A stretch of 64,000 nt of DNA from assembly GCF_006345805.1 (NCBI RefSeq), contig NC_043013.1, forward strand, positions 56,048,001 to 56,112,000. The letters are read 5' to 3'. The stretch comes from Octopus sinensis. Taxonomy: Eukaryota. The position numbers and the translations under genes are program-made. Below, one piece after another: positions 24,873-37,368 of the stretch. The notes under the pieces are model-generated. The model had not been told where the DNA came from and searched no databases. It saw only the letters and a list, made by a program, of their open reading frames with translations. Position 1 is the stretch's first letter, and each line of letters starts with the position of its first letter.

Positions 24873-26420
24873 TCATCTTCATCATCATTATCATCATCAT
24901 TATTTAATGTCCATTGTCCATGCTGGCATGGGTTGGACGGTTTAACCAGGGATGGTAAGCTGGAAGGCTGCACCAGACTCCAGTCTGATTTGGCATGGTT
25001 TCTATGGCTGGATACCCTTCCTAACACCAACCACTCTGCTTTTATGTGTCACCAGCATGGGTGCCATTTGCATGACACCAGTATCTGCCACAACTGCGAT
25101 TTTACTTGGCTTGATGGGTTTTCATAAGCACAGCATATCACCAAAAGTCTTGGTCACTAGCCATTGCCTCTGTGAGGCTTAAAGTTTGAAGATCATGCTC
25201 CACCACTTTGTCCCATGTTTTCCTGGGTCTACCTCTAGCACAGGTTTCCTTCACAGTTAGAGATCGGCACTTTTTTACACAGCTGTCCTCATCCCTATGC
25301 ATCACATGGCCCTACCAGTGCAGTTGTCTCCTTTGCTCACCACATCTGATGCTTCTTATGCCTAATTTTTCTCTCAAGATGCATACATTCTGTCATACAT
25401 GCTCACTGACATTGGACATCCAGCAGAGCATACTAGCTTCATTTCTTTCAGGCCTACGCATGTCCTCACCTGTCACAGCTCATGTTTTATTGCCATGTAG
25501 CATAACTGTTTGCACACAGGTATTATACAATCTGCCTTTCACTCTGAGAGATAGGCCCTTTGTTGGCAGCAGGGGTAGGAACTCTCTGAATTTTGCCCAG
25601 CCTAATCTTATTCTCACAGCTCCATTCTTGGAGCATCGACCTCTGCAACTAATTTGGTCACCTAGATAACTGAATCTATCTAATACCTCTAGCTTATGCA
25701 CCTGGCAGTTGATGGAGTCTATTTTCTGCACATTTTCACTATTCATTGTACCTGTTCATCTTCCGCATACAGAAGCTAGTTTTCCTATTAGCCTTCTGTT
25801 ATTGCTGCATCTTTTATGTGTCAAAAGCTTACACTTATAGAGTTTCTACCTATACCCTCTCTACATATCAAGCAGAAGGGATCTGTGATTTGTCTGCCTT
25901 CCTACTTCCTAAGACTTTGGTTTTTGCTAGGTTAACTTTAAGGCTCTTAGATTCTAGACCTTGCTTTCATACCTGGAACTTCTTCTCTAGTTCTGGTAGT
26001 GATTCAGCTATAAGAGCAAGGTCATCAGCATAGAGGAGCTCCCAGGGGAAGCCTGTCTTGAATTCCTCAGTTCTTACCAAGAAGACTATGATGAACAAGT
26101 GGGGGCTGAGCACCGATCCTTGGTAAATCCCTACTTGTACACTAAATTCTTCACCTTATTAGTACCTTACCGGTAGCATCCTTGTACAAGGCTTGTACAG
26201 CTCTCACCAACCACTCATCTATCCCTACTTTCTGCATTGACCACCAGATAAGGGATCGGGAGACCCTATCAAAGGCTTTCTCCAAGTTAACAAAAACCAA
26301 GTACACAAGTTAATCTTTGGGTGGGTATTTCTCCTGCAGCTGCCTTACCAAAAATATAACATCAGTGGTGCTTCTAGCTGGCACAAATCCAAACTACATT
26401 TCATCTAGACTAGCTCTATC
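24873..26420 (-). mobile_element. 5'-truncated, older RTE copy (same family as 15491)
   Basis: Homologous RT, finger and C-terminal segments (FSYLGDQIS...LSLRVKGRLY) and a (GAT)n tail. Confidence 0.88.
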
Positions 26421-26643
26421 TGACTGAAGAAGGGTTTTTTTTCCTTGAGTTATTTGTCCTGTACTCTATTTTTTTGTTGTTTAAGAAAAAATGTCCAGTT
26501 CCTTGTGTTTGTGTCTGTTTTCGTTTCTCATTGTATTCGACATCTATTTTGGTGTCTTGTACTCATATATGCGTGTATATATACATGTAGAGGTAGGTAC
26601 GTACATATATGCATATATATATATGCATATGTTTTATTTATTA

Positions 26644-26699
<56 letters not shown>

Positions 26700-27292
26700 A
26701 TATACTCTCTCCCTAATTAGGATATACGTATATATATATGCATGCTTACATACACAGTGACTGGCAGATACATGTCGTTCTGGGAGAATTAAGAGAGAGT
26801 TTTGTGAGTTTCCTTAAGGTAAACATGTAATTCACAAAAAAAGCATACATCATACTGAATGAATAAGTAAGTTGAGGGTTATGTTCCAAAGTAAGAAATG
26901 AACCAACACCCAATCCTTATTTGTGTGTTGGTAATACCAATAACTATTATGTGACAGACAGTGCCACTTGCTCCCAAAATGTAAATAGCATTGGTTTAAT
27001 CTGTTAGTAATTTACAATATTTAATGATTATTAATGTTCTAGAAACAAATTAGTTTCTAATTACCTCAAAATTAAGAGAAAAAATTCATGGATCACTATT
27101 GATCCATGAAAGAATGGATGTGCAGTTTAGACATTTCTTTTCTGACCATGTGGTTTTATGTTGAGTTTGACTATGGAGTACAGAACACTTTGGACAAGAG
27201 TCTTCTACTCTTGGCCCATAGTGACCAATGTTTATGAAGAGATTAGGTAAATGGAAACAGTAAAAAAAAGAAAACCTTTTACACACACGATG

Positions 27293-27428
27293 CTTGGATG
27301 GAATTTATAAATATGTTAAAGCATCGCTACGCACGTTTCCACAAATCACATGGTTTTTAAGATCATACTCTGTGTAATTTGTAGAAGCCTGTAGCGATGC
27401 ATTAAAATATTCATAAACTTCATCCAAG
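27293..27428. mobile_element. Fold-back element carrying only hammerhead 3' halves
   Basis: Arms 27293-27330 and 27391-27428. Minus strand reads GAAA cgtgcg TA gcgatg; no CTGANGA found. Confidence 0.45.
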
Positions 27429-27527
27429 AATTATATTACCATTACTATATTTATCCTACATTATCTCAGCTCAGCTCAGTGCAACCACAAGAATCGGGTA
27501 TCCCCAGTCGGCATTATTAGATTTCAG

Positions 27528-28042
27528 CATCATCATCGCCGTCATTTAACGTCTGCTTTTCATGTTAGCATGGGTTGGACAATTCGACTGGAGTCTGGGA
27601 AGCCAGGAGGCTGCACCAGGCTCCAGTCTGATCTGGCAGTGTTTCTACAGCTGGATACCCTTCCTAATGGCAACCACTCCGAGAGTGCTTTTTACGTGCC
27701 AGAGCAGGCTGGCAATGGCCACGGTCGGTTGGTGCTTTTTACGTGCCACAGGCATGGGTATCACAACTACAATTTTCATTTGATTTTCATTTTGATGTTG
27801 ATGTACTTGATTCAATAGGTCTCCTCAAGCACCGCAGGTCACCTTATGATCCAAGGTACTTTTGAATGGGACTGGGGCTGCTTATGCAAAACTGGTATAA
27901 GATACAGCCGTGAACTCAGTTTATTTGCTGGGTCTTCATAGTCACAACATATCTCCAGAGTCTTTTGTCATTGGAGGTCCAACGATCGAAGTTCATGCTT
28001 CACTATCTCATCCCATATCTTCCTGGGTCTACCACTACCCCG
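27528..28042 (-). mobile_element. RTE 3' fragment
   Basis: Same 3' UTR and tail as 15491, plus the RG.P.K.W..V C-terminal segment. Confidence 0.8.
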
Positions 28043-28137
28043 GATTCCTTCAACTGTTAGCCAGTATAATAGAATAGCTTTTATATGTATTTTCTAAATA
28101 TTTCCCAGAAATCAACTTAAAAGATATATATATATAT

Positions 28138-28440
28138 GAGGCATAGGAGTGGCTGTGTAGTAAGAAGCTTGCTTCCCAACCAAATGGTTCTGGGTTCAGT
28201 CCCATTGCATTGCACCTTGGGTAAGTGTCTTCTACTATACCCTCGGGCTGACCAAGCCCTTGTGAGTGGATTTGGTAGACAAGCTGAAACAAGCTTACTG
28301 TATATATATGTGTGGTAGGGGTGTATGTATTTGTGTCTGTGTTTCCCCACCACCACCACCATCGCTTGACAACTGAAGTTGGTGTGTTTATGTCACCATG
28401 AGTTAGTGTTTCAGCAAAAGAGTCCAATTGAATGAGTACT
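28138..28440 (+). mobile_element. tRNA-derived SINE with internal microsatellite
   Basis: A-box gtggctgtgtagtaag and B-box gggttcagtccc. Related copies at 27110-27250, 29780-29900, 37135-37356 and 42431-42550 (all minus). Confidence 0.8.
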
Positions 28441-28465
28441 GTTTGATGAGTTTATCATTTATATC

Positions 28466-28550
28466 CTTCCTGATGAGATTGATGCATTGCTGACCATAAT
28501 CTATCCTGTCAGACATTTTTGGAGTACATCTATTGAAACATATGTAGAAG
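28466..28550 (+). ncRNA. Type I hammerhead ribozyme
   Basis: cttc CTGATGA gattgatgcatt..ctgac..gtcag..agtacatctatt GAAA catatg TA gaag. Stem I is cttc/gaag and stem III is the palindrome ACATATGT. Confidence 0.8.
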
Positions 28551-30194
28551 ACTTCAAGATATACATGGGTTAACAACATCCTGAGCGTTTGTCTCCTTAT
28601 TCAATTTTCCTATATAATTATATATATAAATACATACATTCATAAATATATATATACATGTATATATACACACATACACAGGGTGACCATAAAATGTAGC
28701 TCCACGGGTGGAAATGCATATTTTCAATAATTTCCTTTCAATATGGTTCCACCATTAGTGAAACAAAGTTTGATGCACTTTGCAAGATTCCCATTAACCC
28801 ATTGCAGTTACTCCACATTTCATTCAATTTAAACTCATTTATTTGTCCTGACTTTTTGGTCTCCCCATACTGATAGATGTATTTATATCCATATGTATGC
28901 ATGCATGCTTGCATGTGTGCATTTGTTTGTTTGTGTGTGTGTGTGTAATTTTTATAGTTGCACTCATCACTTTGGTTTAATTTAAAGCTGGATTGAGACC
29001 TTTAGATAATTTGAAACTGTTGTTGTTGAATCCTGGGTAAGATTTCTCCCAGGAGTTCAGATGGACAACACTGGACAATTTCCAGGAGGTGACCAGTGAA
29101 GATGAAAAGAATGAACACAGGTAGATGCTTGATCAATCTCTGTTGGTTTCCTGGATACCACACCTGAAACGCTCAGAGACACAACAGTGATGATGTAGGG
29201 TCAATGTATTACATTTATTTGGATGTAATACTTTCGTATTGCATTTATTGATGAAGGAGAGAAAACATTGATGTATGTTAGACATGAAATACAGAAAATC
29301 ATTATTTCTAAATTTTTGGTTAGCACAAGACTTTCACAGAACTTCTTTACACATATATTTGTATGCATCTATTTTCTTTACTTTATTCTGAATCACACCT
29401 TAGCCATTTTTTTAGTTTTTAAATTCTTTTATTTTCCAGACATTAAATTTGTTTACGTGAATATTCTGGGTGAATTTCTCATAAAAGTGTCGCTTTTCTT
29501 ACAACATGAAACCTATTTATTATACTCTTTGACTTGTCAAATAAATAAATCTAAATTAATTTTTTAAAAAATAAATACCTGATGTAATTTTTTTCTTTCC
29601 TTTTATTACAACCAGACCAGACAGCATCTATGGCATCTTCTTTAGAAACCAGGAAGGAAACTTTAGAATAAAACTTCTTTGGTACAAAACACATTACCTT
29701 GATGTGAGCGGGGGGGGGGGTATATACCCAGTTTAATGTCTGCTAGACAATTGTCATGATTTTTAACTTACTTCTACTATGAAATTGTGGCCATGCTGGA
29801 GCCCAATCATATGGACCTTTAGTATATATTTCTTCCTTGTACTTATTTTATTGATCTCTCCTGATGAAATCGCTAAGTTAGTTTTTTGGCTGAAAGAGAC
29901 ACAACTGAGCACTCTTTATTTACACCAGTAAAGACACGTACACACACGCATGCACACACACACACACACAGCATGTCCATGCTCATTTATCAATCATATT
30001 TTGAAGGAGTCATGTCAGCAAAGCCCATAAACACCAGTTATTGTTTGTTTATTGACAAACAATAACTGCTGTGTGTGTTTATGGGGTTTAATGAAGAATC
30101 TTTCTTCTGATATATAAGAGAGTTATTGGTTTCAACAAAGGGTTACACATCAAAGTTCTCACAAAACAAATTCAAAACTTTTACATAAGCATTC

Positions 30195-30590
<396 letters not shown>

Positions 30591-31019
30591 AGATTTTTTT
30601 TATTTGTTTTGCAAGAATTCTCATCCTGAATCCTTTGAGGAAATCAATAACTGTTATATATCAAAAGAATGATTATTATTAAACCCTATAAACACCTTCT
30701 CTGGTGTTTGTAGGCATTCAATTTATATGCGATGAATTCCAACACAAAAACTGGTCAATTGAAGGCTGCAGCAGAAGACAGCTTCCTGAGTTACTGCTCA
30801 GTGATATCACACCAGGAACCAGATGAGTTTGTGAAACCAGTTTATAGATTCTGGCCCAATATGCTTCAATAATCAATTAATTAATTATTAATTGCAGTGG
30901 AAACATGTCCATGGCCAGGACACAATTTCAAGCAATGACAATTTTGACCTCTAATAATAAATATTTAAGTCAAGTTAAGAGTCTTTAAGTGTTTTCGAAT
31001 GGTTAATATGTATCTTGCA

Positions 31020-31235
31020 TAAAGGGCAGAGAGCTAGTAGAGATGTTATCATGCTGGGCAAGATGCTTGGCAGTATTTCATCTGTCTTTACATTCTGAGT
31101 TCAAATTCCACTGAGGTTGACATTGCCTTTCATCCTTTCGGGGTTGCTAAATTAAGTACCAGTTGCATATAGGGGTTGATCAAATCGACTGGACCCTCTC
31201 CCAAAAGTTTGGGCCTTATGCCTAGAGTAGAAAAG
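31020..31235 (+). mobile_element. SINE (second family)
   Basis: B-box gagttcaaattcc followed by gaggttgacattgcctttcatcctttcgggg. Related copies at 42645-42850, 45060-45205 (minus), 56300-56480 and 62520-62700. Confidence 0.75.
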
Positions 31236-31329
31236 AATTGTTAGCTTGCTGGACAAAAGCAAATTGTGACAGGTGATGAGAAATAGATTATCTACCAAAA
31301 TGTTCAGAGAAAGCAATCCTGGAGTAAGC

Positions 31330-31915
31330 GACATGAGCCACCCTTAGCCAACCCAAAAGCGGATCTTCACCCTAAAAAAGTCTTGCTTTGTGTCTGGTGG
31401 GATTGGAAAGGAATTCTGTACTATGAGCTTCTCCCAAATAACCAGATAATTGATTCTGAGAAATACTGCACACAACTGGACGAGTTAAAAGCAATTCAAG
31501 AGAAACGTCCAGAATTGGCCGACAGGAAGGGTGTTGTTTTCCAACATGATAATGCAAGACCACATGTTCCTTTGGGAACCAGGCAAAAGTTGCTGCAGCT
31601 TGGCTGGGATGTGTTACCCCACCCTCCATATTCACCAGATATTGCCCCTTCGGATTTCCACTCATTCAGGTCTCTGCAGAATAGTCTTAATGGTAAAAAT
31701 TTCAATTCCTTGGATGACGCAAAAAGATACCTGAATTCTTTGCCATAAAACCACCGCAATTCTGGGAAGAGGGTATTTTCAAGTTGAAGAAAAGATGGAG
31801 ACGCATTGTGCAACAAAATGGTTCATATTTGGTTGATTAAAAATGTAATGGCAAGTATCTATTGACCTTTTTCTTTCCTTTAAAAATCGGCACAAACTTT
31901 CCGGACAACCCAATA
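31330..31915 (+). mobile_element. mariner (DD34D) transposase 3' half with right TIR
   Basis: LCVWWDWKGILYYELL...QHDNARPH...HPPYSPDIAPSDFHSFRSL. TIR cggcacaaactttccggacaacccaa is followed by TA. Confidence 0.92.
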
Positions 31916-32008
31916 TATATAAAGATATATATATATATATGTATGTACATATACATATGTATGTATATGTATATATATGTATTTGTATATATATATACAA
32001 GCATGTAT

Positions 32009-32039
<31 letters not shown>

Positions 32040-32040
32040 A

Positions 32041-32260
32041 CTGTAATATAATATGTGACAATTATTCAGCTGCCCTAATAAGACTCCAAGTTTCAGATGT
32101 TGGGGCGGAAAACTGCTCCAGCACCTCGTCAGTTATTGAGGCAATCAAAACTTGGAGTCTTATTTTGGCAACCGAATAATTGTCACATATTGTATTACAG
32201 ATAAATTCTCTATTTAGATAATATCGAGGTCTCTTTCATTCTTTTGTTGTCTTACCATTA
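32041..32260 (-). mobile_element. Fold-back ribozyme-bearing element between (TA)n tracts
   Basis: Inverted arms 32041-32093 and 32148-32200. The hammerhead overlaps the left arm and the spacer. Confidence 0.75.
32071..32143 (-). ncRNA. Type I hammerhead ribozyme (GUC site)
   Basis: Minus strand: tgcctcaataa CTGACGA ggtgctggagcag tttt ccgccccaacatct GAA ACT tgg AGT C ttattagggca. Stem I is extended and stem III has 3 bp. Confidence 0.82.
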
Positions 32261-32284
32261 CTATTAATATATACATACATATAC

Positions 32285-32430
<146 letters not shown>

Positions 32431-32450
32431 ATACATATATATGTATATAA

Positions 32451-34750
32451 GACAAATGCATAGGCTTCAAACTCAGGTGGTCCATCATCGGATCAGCTGC
32501 ACCTTATTTAAATAATAGAGCAGGATGCCAACTATGTTGTGTAGAACTCCTGAACATCTTGAAATTCAAAGACAAACACAATCTTATTAACAAAAGGTCA
32601 GAGTTCAAACCATCCTGTATACACAAACTTATTAATACTTTCAAATACTACAAAGCTTAGGTTATTATACCAACTCCCCCATGCAATTTCCTCCCACCTG
32701 TCGGCTCCAGCACATCCCGCTTTCCTATATGTGCGTGTATATGCGTATATGTGTGCGTATATATATGTATGTGCACATATGTGTACGTATATGTATATAT
32801 ATATATATATGTGCGTGTGTGTGTGTGTGTGTGGGTGTGTGTATGTGCTTATATGTTTCCCTGCTTTTTCCTCCTATATATACAAATTTTGTCTCCCATA
32901 TATGACTTCTTTTCCCTACATATTTCTTCTCCTACACCCATATCCTTCCTATATAGTCTCTTTATTTCCCTATATCTATACCCTTTCACATTTCTAACTT
33001 GGATGTTGAACGCACACCGCCAAACTCCACTTCCCACCCTTCCAATTTTCAGTTCCCCCCGCCCGCCCCTACGTGGGCACCTTTAACACACACCTCTAAC
33101 TTTCAACCACCTTCATCTCATGTTAAACTTTACCAAATTATATTTTATTTTATTTTATTTTATTTTTATTTTTACTTTTATTTTTACTTTTATTCTACTT
33201 CGATTTATTCTCATTTTTATTTTCATCCCTTACCTTAACTCTTATAATTTTTATAATTTTTATATTTCATTTCTAACTTTTACATTGTATTTCTTATTTT
33301 ATACTGTATTTCTTACTTTTATTTCTAATTTTTACCCTTACCCTCATTCTTACCCCTAACTTATCGCTTTATATCTCTATATATGTCTATTTTTTTTTTG
33401 CTTATCCCTTATTTACTTACCTATGGATCCACTTTATGATTATACGAGCGTCTGTGTACGTATGTATACGTATACATATATGTACATATGTACGAGTAAA
33501 CATCTACGTCTGGATGTACATACCCCGTATTTCTTTTTTTTACATGTTTTCTTATATTCATATGTTTACACCTATTTGTATACACCTTTTAATATCTTAT
33601 AGCTATACCCATATGCGCGTATGTCTCTGTGTGTGTATGTAAGTGTATATGTGCACGCACATATGGACACACAGCCGTGTGTGCGTGCACGTGTAGACGT
33701 GAATGCATGATTCTTTACATACGTTCTTATATACATCCTTTAATATCTTATATCTAAACCTGGAAGCATGGGCATATGCGTATGTGTATGTAGGGATGGG
33801 CGCACGTATGTACATATGGGTGTGTACACATATAATGTCCGTGTATACATGCGGATATTCTGTTGTATGTATGTATATGTATGCGCGTGCGTGTGGGTGT
33901 GTGTGTGTTTATGTACATGTTTACACGCGAGTGCGTGTGTATGCTTATAGGCTTGGAGGCGTATATGTACGCGTGTATATGGGTGTATGTATCCATGATG
34001 GTATGTATGTACTAGATGACCAATTAATTCAAAGAACCAGATTAAACGCTCAACAGCTCTGATTTACAACACATTAGGTCCCCAGACGAAACTGTTGATT
34101 TATTGACACCCAAAACTTCTACAACTAAATTTTATCAATCTCCTGACCACCATGTTTGGTCCGTAACCTCTATACATCCCTTATCTTTATATTTCTTTAC
34201 ATTTTTATCATGTTTATTCCTATTTTTATTTTTTTACTTTTTACTTTTATTTCTATTTCTATTTTTACTTTATAACCTTATGCCTTTACATTTATTTATA
34301 TTTCTTTATATTTCTTTATATTCTTTATACCCCCTCTACATCTCCTTATATCCCTTTATATCTTTACACTCTACATTTTTATATTTTTCTATACTTACAC
34401 TTTTTATACATTTTTTATCCCTCGTCCTGAATTCTCGCCCCTCCATCTTCACGTCTATATATGTATTTATTTATTTACATTACTTCAATATCCAAATTTC
34501 CTCATTCTACATTGAGAGAAGAAAGAGATGGAAGCTTCAATTCTATGCTGCTGCCGCATTATGTCGTACGCGAATGAGAGGATTTGCATCCCCAACCAAG
34601 AATTTTTTATGTAACACATGTCTTTGTGGAAGCTGTTGTGCGCGGCTGAAGAAGGCCACAGACATACATTATGCATTGTTATAAATCTGTCTAATAAAGG
34701 CCCGAAACATATGTACTGCTGAATCCTTCGCATCATGTTTTTATTTTGAT
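32451..34750 (+). mobile_element. Penelope-like 3' fragment: GIY-YIG C-terminus, low-complexity 3' region, terminal pLTR with hammerhead
   Basis: 32451-32650 encodes [53 protein letters not shown] (PLE W-I...CxLC..E...LN.RSE...C.H motif). The hammerhead at 34642 is on the same strand; continuity between the two is inferred. Confidence 0.7.
34642..34719 (+). ncRNA. Type I hammerhead ribozyme
   Basis: gcgg CTGAAGA aggcc acaga...tctgt...ggccc GAAA catatg TA ctgc. Stem I is gcgg/ctgc and stem III is palindromic. Confidence 0.8.
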
Positions 34751-34754
34751 CAAT

Positions 34755-34824
<70 letters not shown>

Positions 34825-36052
34825 ATGTGCATGTATCTATATATATATGTGTGTGTGTCTGTATGTATGTATGTATGTGTATAAACACACACATATATAC
34901 ATATGTATATATATATATAAATATCTCTTAGCTTAGCTGTTTAACAAACAGAGATTGACTGGAATAAATAGCAGCTTCCATACAATCCATTAAAAGCAGT
35001 TAGCAAATATAAAACTATAAAACCTGTTTATGTAGTCATTGCTGAATTAACAAGCAACTTGATTTAATTATCCTTTAATCAGTTTGGTTGTTTTAATGTT
35101 GTTTTTCTTTTGTTTTTTTTAGATATAAGAATATAATGAATTAACTAAGTTAAATTTAGGATTACTTTTCAAACAGCTGTCTTGTTGGTTATCAGAAATG
35201 TTTTTAAGTTGTATCTGTATTGCAGTGACTATAAAGCCTATCGCTCAAGCTTAGCTGTGAAGACGTATAATGGTAAAGATTAAGTAAATCCTAACTGTTC
35301 AATGTCAAGATGTGAAATTGTTTGGAAAAATCTTGAGGGAAAATAATTGAATCAAAGAATTTGAAGGTTAATCCAAATTTAAATTGAAGGATTCTTCAGT
35401 AGGTGGAAAAAAAGAATGGAGTTAAATCAGAAATAATTTTATTGTCATTAATAATAAACATTGTAAATGGAAAGATTTATTAGAACGGAATACTGATATT
35501 GAAAAAAAAGGAATAATTTTGACAGGAATCTGATATTATTGTTGTGAAATGAAGGAAATATCACAGAAATAAACAAATGTTTTCACAGATTTGTTCCCAA
35601 ATGAAGCAGAAATATGAACAGTATCTTCTTTGACAGTCATAAGTCACATGACAGAAATTCTTGCAAAAGTTTTCCCAAAAGACAACTTCTTATCAAAGTA
35701 ATAATACCATATTAGGTCATTGTAACTTTAGTGTTGCTACATGAACTATGGAAGTATCAGGCATAAAATGTCTTGGAGCCAATGACAGGAGGGCTGATAA
35801 GAAATTTGACTACTGGAACAAAATGTAACAATTCAAATGAGGCTATTAGCTGAGTATCTGGTCAAAATAATTAATTTGCAATTAACACCAAATTTTAAAT
35901 AAGTAAAGTAAGTTTTCCTTGTTTTTCTCTCTTTCTTAACACACTCAGTCCATAATCTTGCTTTACTTGAAATTTACAACTTGATGTTCTTCCAAATATT
36001 TGATATGGCAGGAATTAGCGAACCCCATTTGAAGATCATCAAACAAAGAATA

Positions 36053-36148
36053 GACCAACTGACCGACCGACCGGCTGACCGACCGACCGGCTGACCGACC
36101 GACCGGCTGACCGACCGACCGGCTGACCGACCGACCGGCTGACCGACC
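36053..36148. repeat. CpG-rich (GACC)n/GGCT compound repeat
   Basis: gaccgaccgaccggct units of 16-20 bp. Confidence 0.9.
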
Positions 36149-37368
36149 ATTGTAAGGATATCAGTGCACAATTAAATGGTTTACTAATGTCTGCTTACAA
36201 CTAGCAAGAAGGCATTCGTAAACAATTTGCCTGGGTTTTATTTTGAACTTTTTTTACCAACCATGAAACTCATCACAGCTGAATAATTCCAGGAAAATGA
36301 GACAGAAGCTTAATCCATTCGCAACTGATGCAATGTTGCAAATTTTGGAAGGTTCTGATGACGATGAACAGGAATTTGATCAAATGCATCTAGAGGTTGA
36401 ATCGGTGTCATTTGAAAATGAAAGACTTCCTGTGGACGGTGATTAAGATCATCATCCTCATCACTGTTGTCATCCTCATCAACACTACCACCACCACCAC
36501 CACCACCATCATTATCATCATCATCATTTCTTAACATCCCTCTGCTCACCTGATAATGAGTTGGATACTTTGACTGGATACAACTAGTTAGAGGATTACG
36601 CTGTGTACCAAGGTTGGCTTTAGTTTGTTTGTTTTTTATAGCTGGACACCCTTCTTAGCCCTAATTACATGTAGTGGATGCTTGTTTATGTGGCACCAGC
36701 ACCAGTGATGTCACTGAACAGTTTGTGAGACTAAGATCCTCATCAATTGAGTTGAGCAATAACAGAGAAAGAGGTTGCTTTATGTTAAGAGATGAAGGGA
36801 TAAAGCATGAGGAAGAGACCTCTGTAGAGGGGCTAAATGTCTCCCCCAATTATAAAAGAGATGGTGGTGAAAGAGTAACCACGGTGGAGCCAGAAAGGGA
36901 TAAAATAGAGATGAGGATGTGTTGGGGTGGACTCCCCAGGTAGGGGCTGAATAGAAGTGTGATGTTCTATGATAATGCCATGCATCAGACATGTGGCATG
37001 TTTGTTAATAAATGATTTTAAAGGCGTTACAAATTGGTATTTGATTCACAAAGCACTAATTCCAAATAATTTCCTTGATTTTTAGATATTTTGGTTTTGT
37101 AGCATTTTTCATCACTCTTGTTTTAATGAAGAGATACTTTTACTTGTTTCAGTCATTTGACTGTGGCCATGTTGGAGCACCACCTTTTATTCAAAGAAAT
37201 TGACCCCAGGACTTATTCTTTGTAAGCATTGTACTTATTCTATTGGTCTCTTTTGCTGAACACAGGGACATAAACGCACCAACATTGGTTGTCAAACAAT
37301 TGTGGGGGGAACAGACACAGACACACACATACATATATATGTATATATATATATATATATACAGAGAG

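Noticed and set aside
26420-26500. CTGAAGAAGGG... possible hammerhead 5' half
   Set aside because: No properly paired GAAA half was found.
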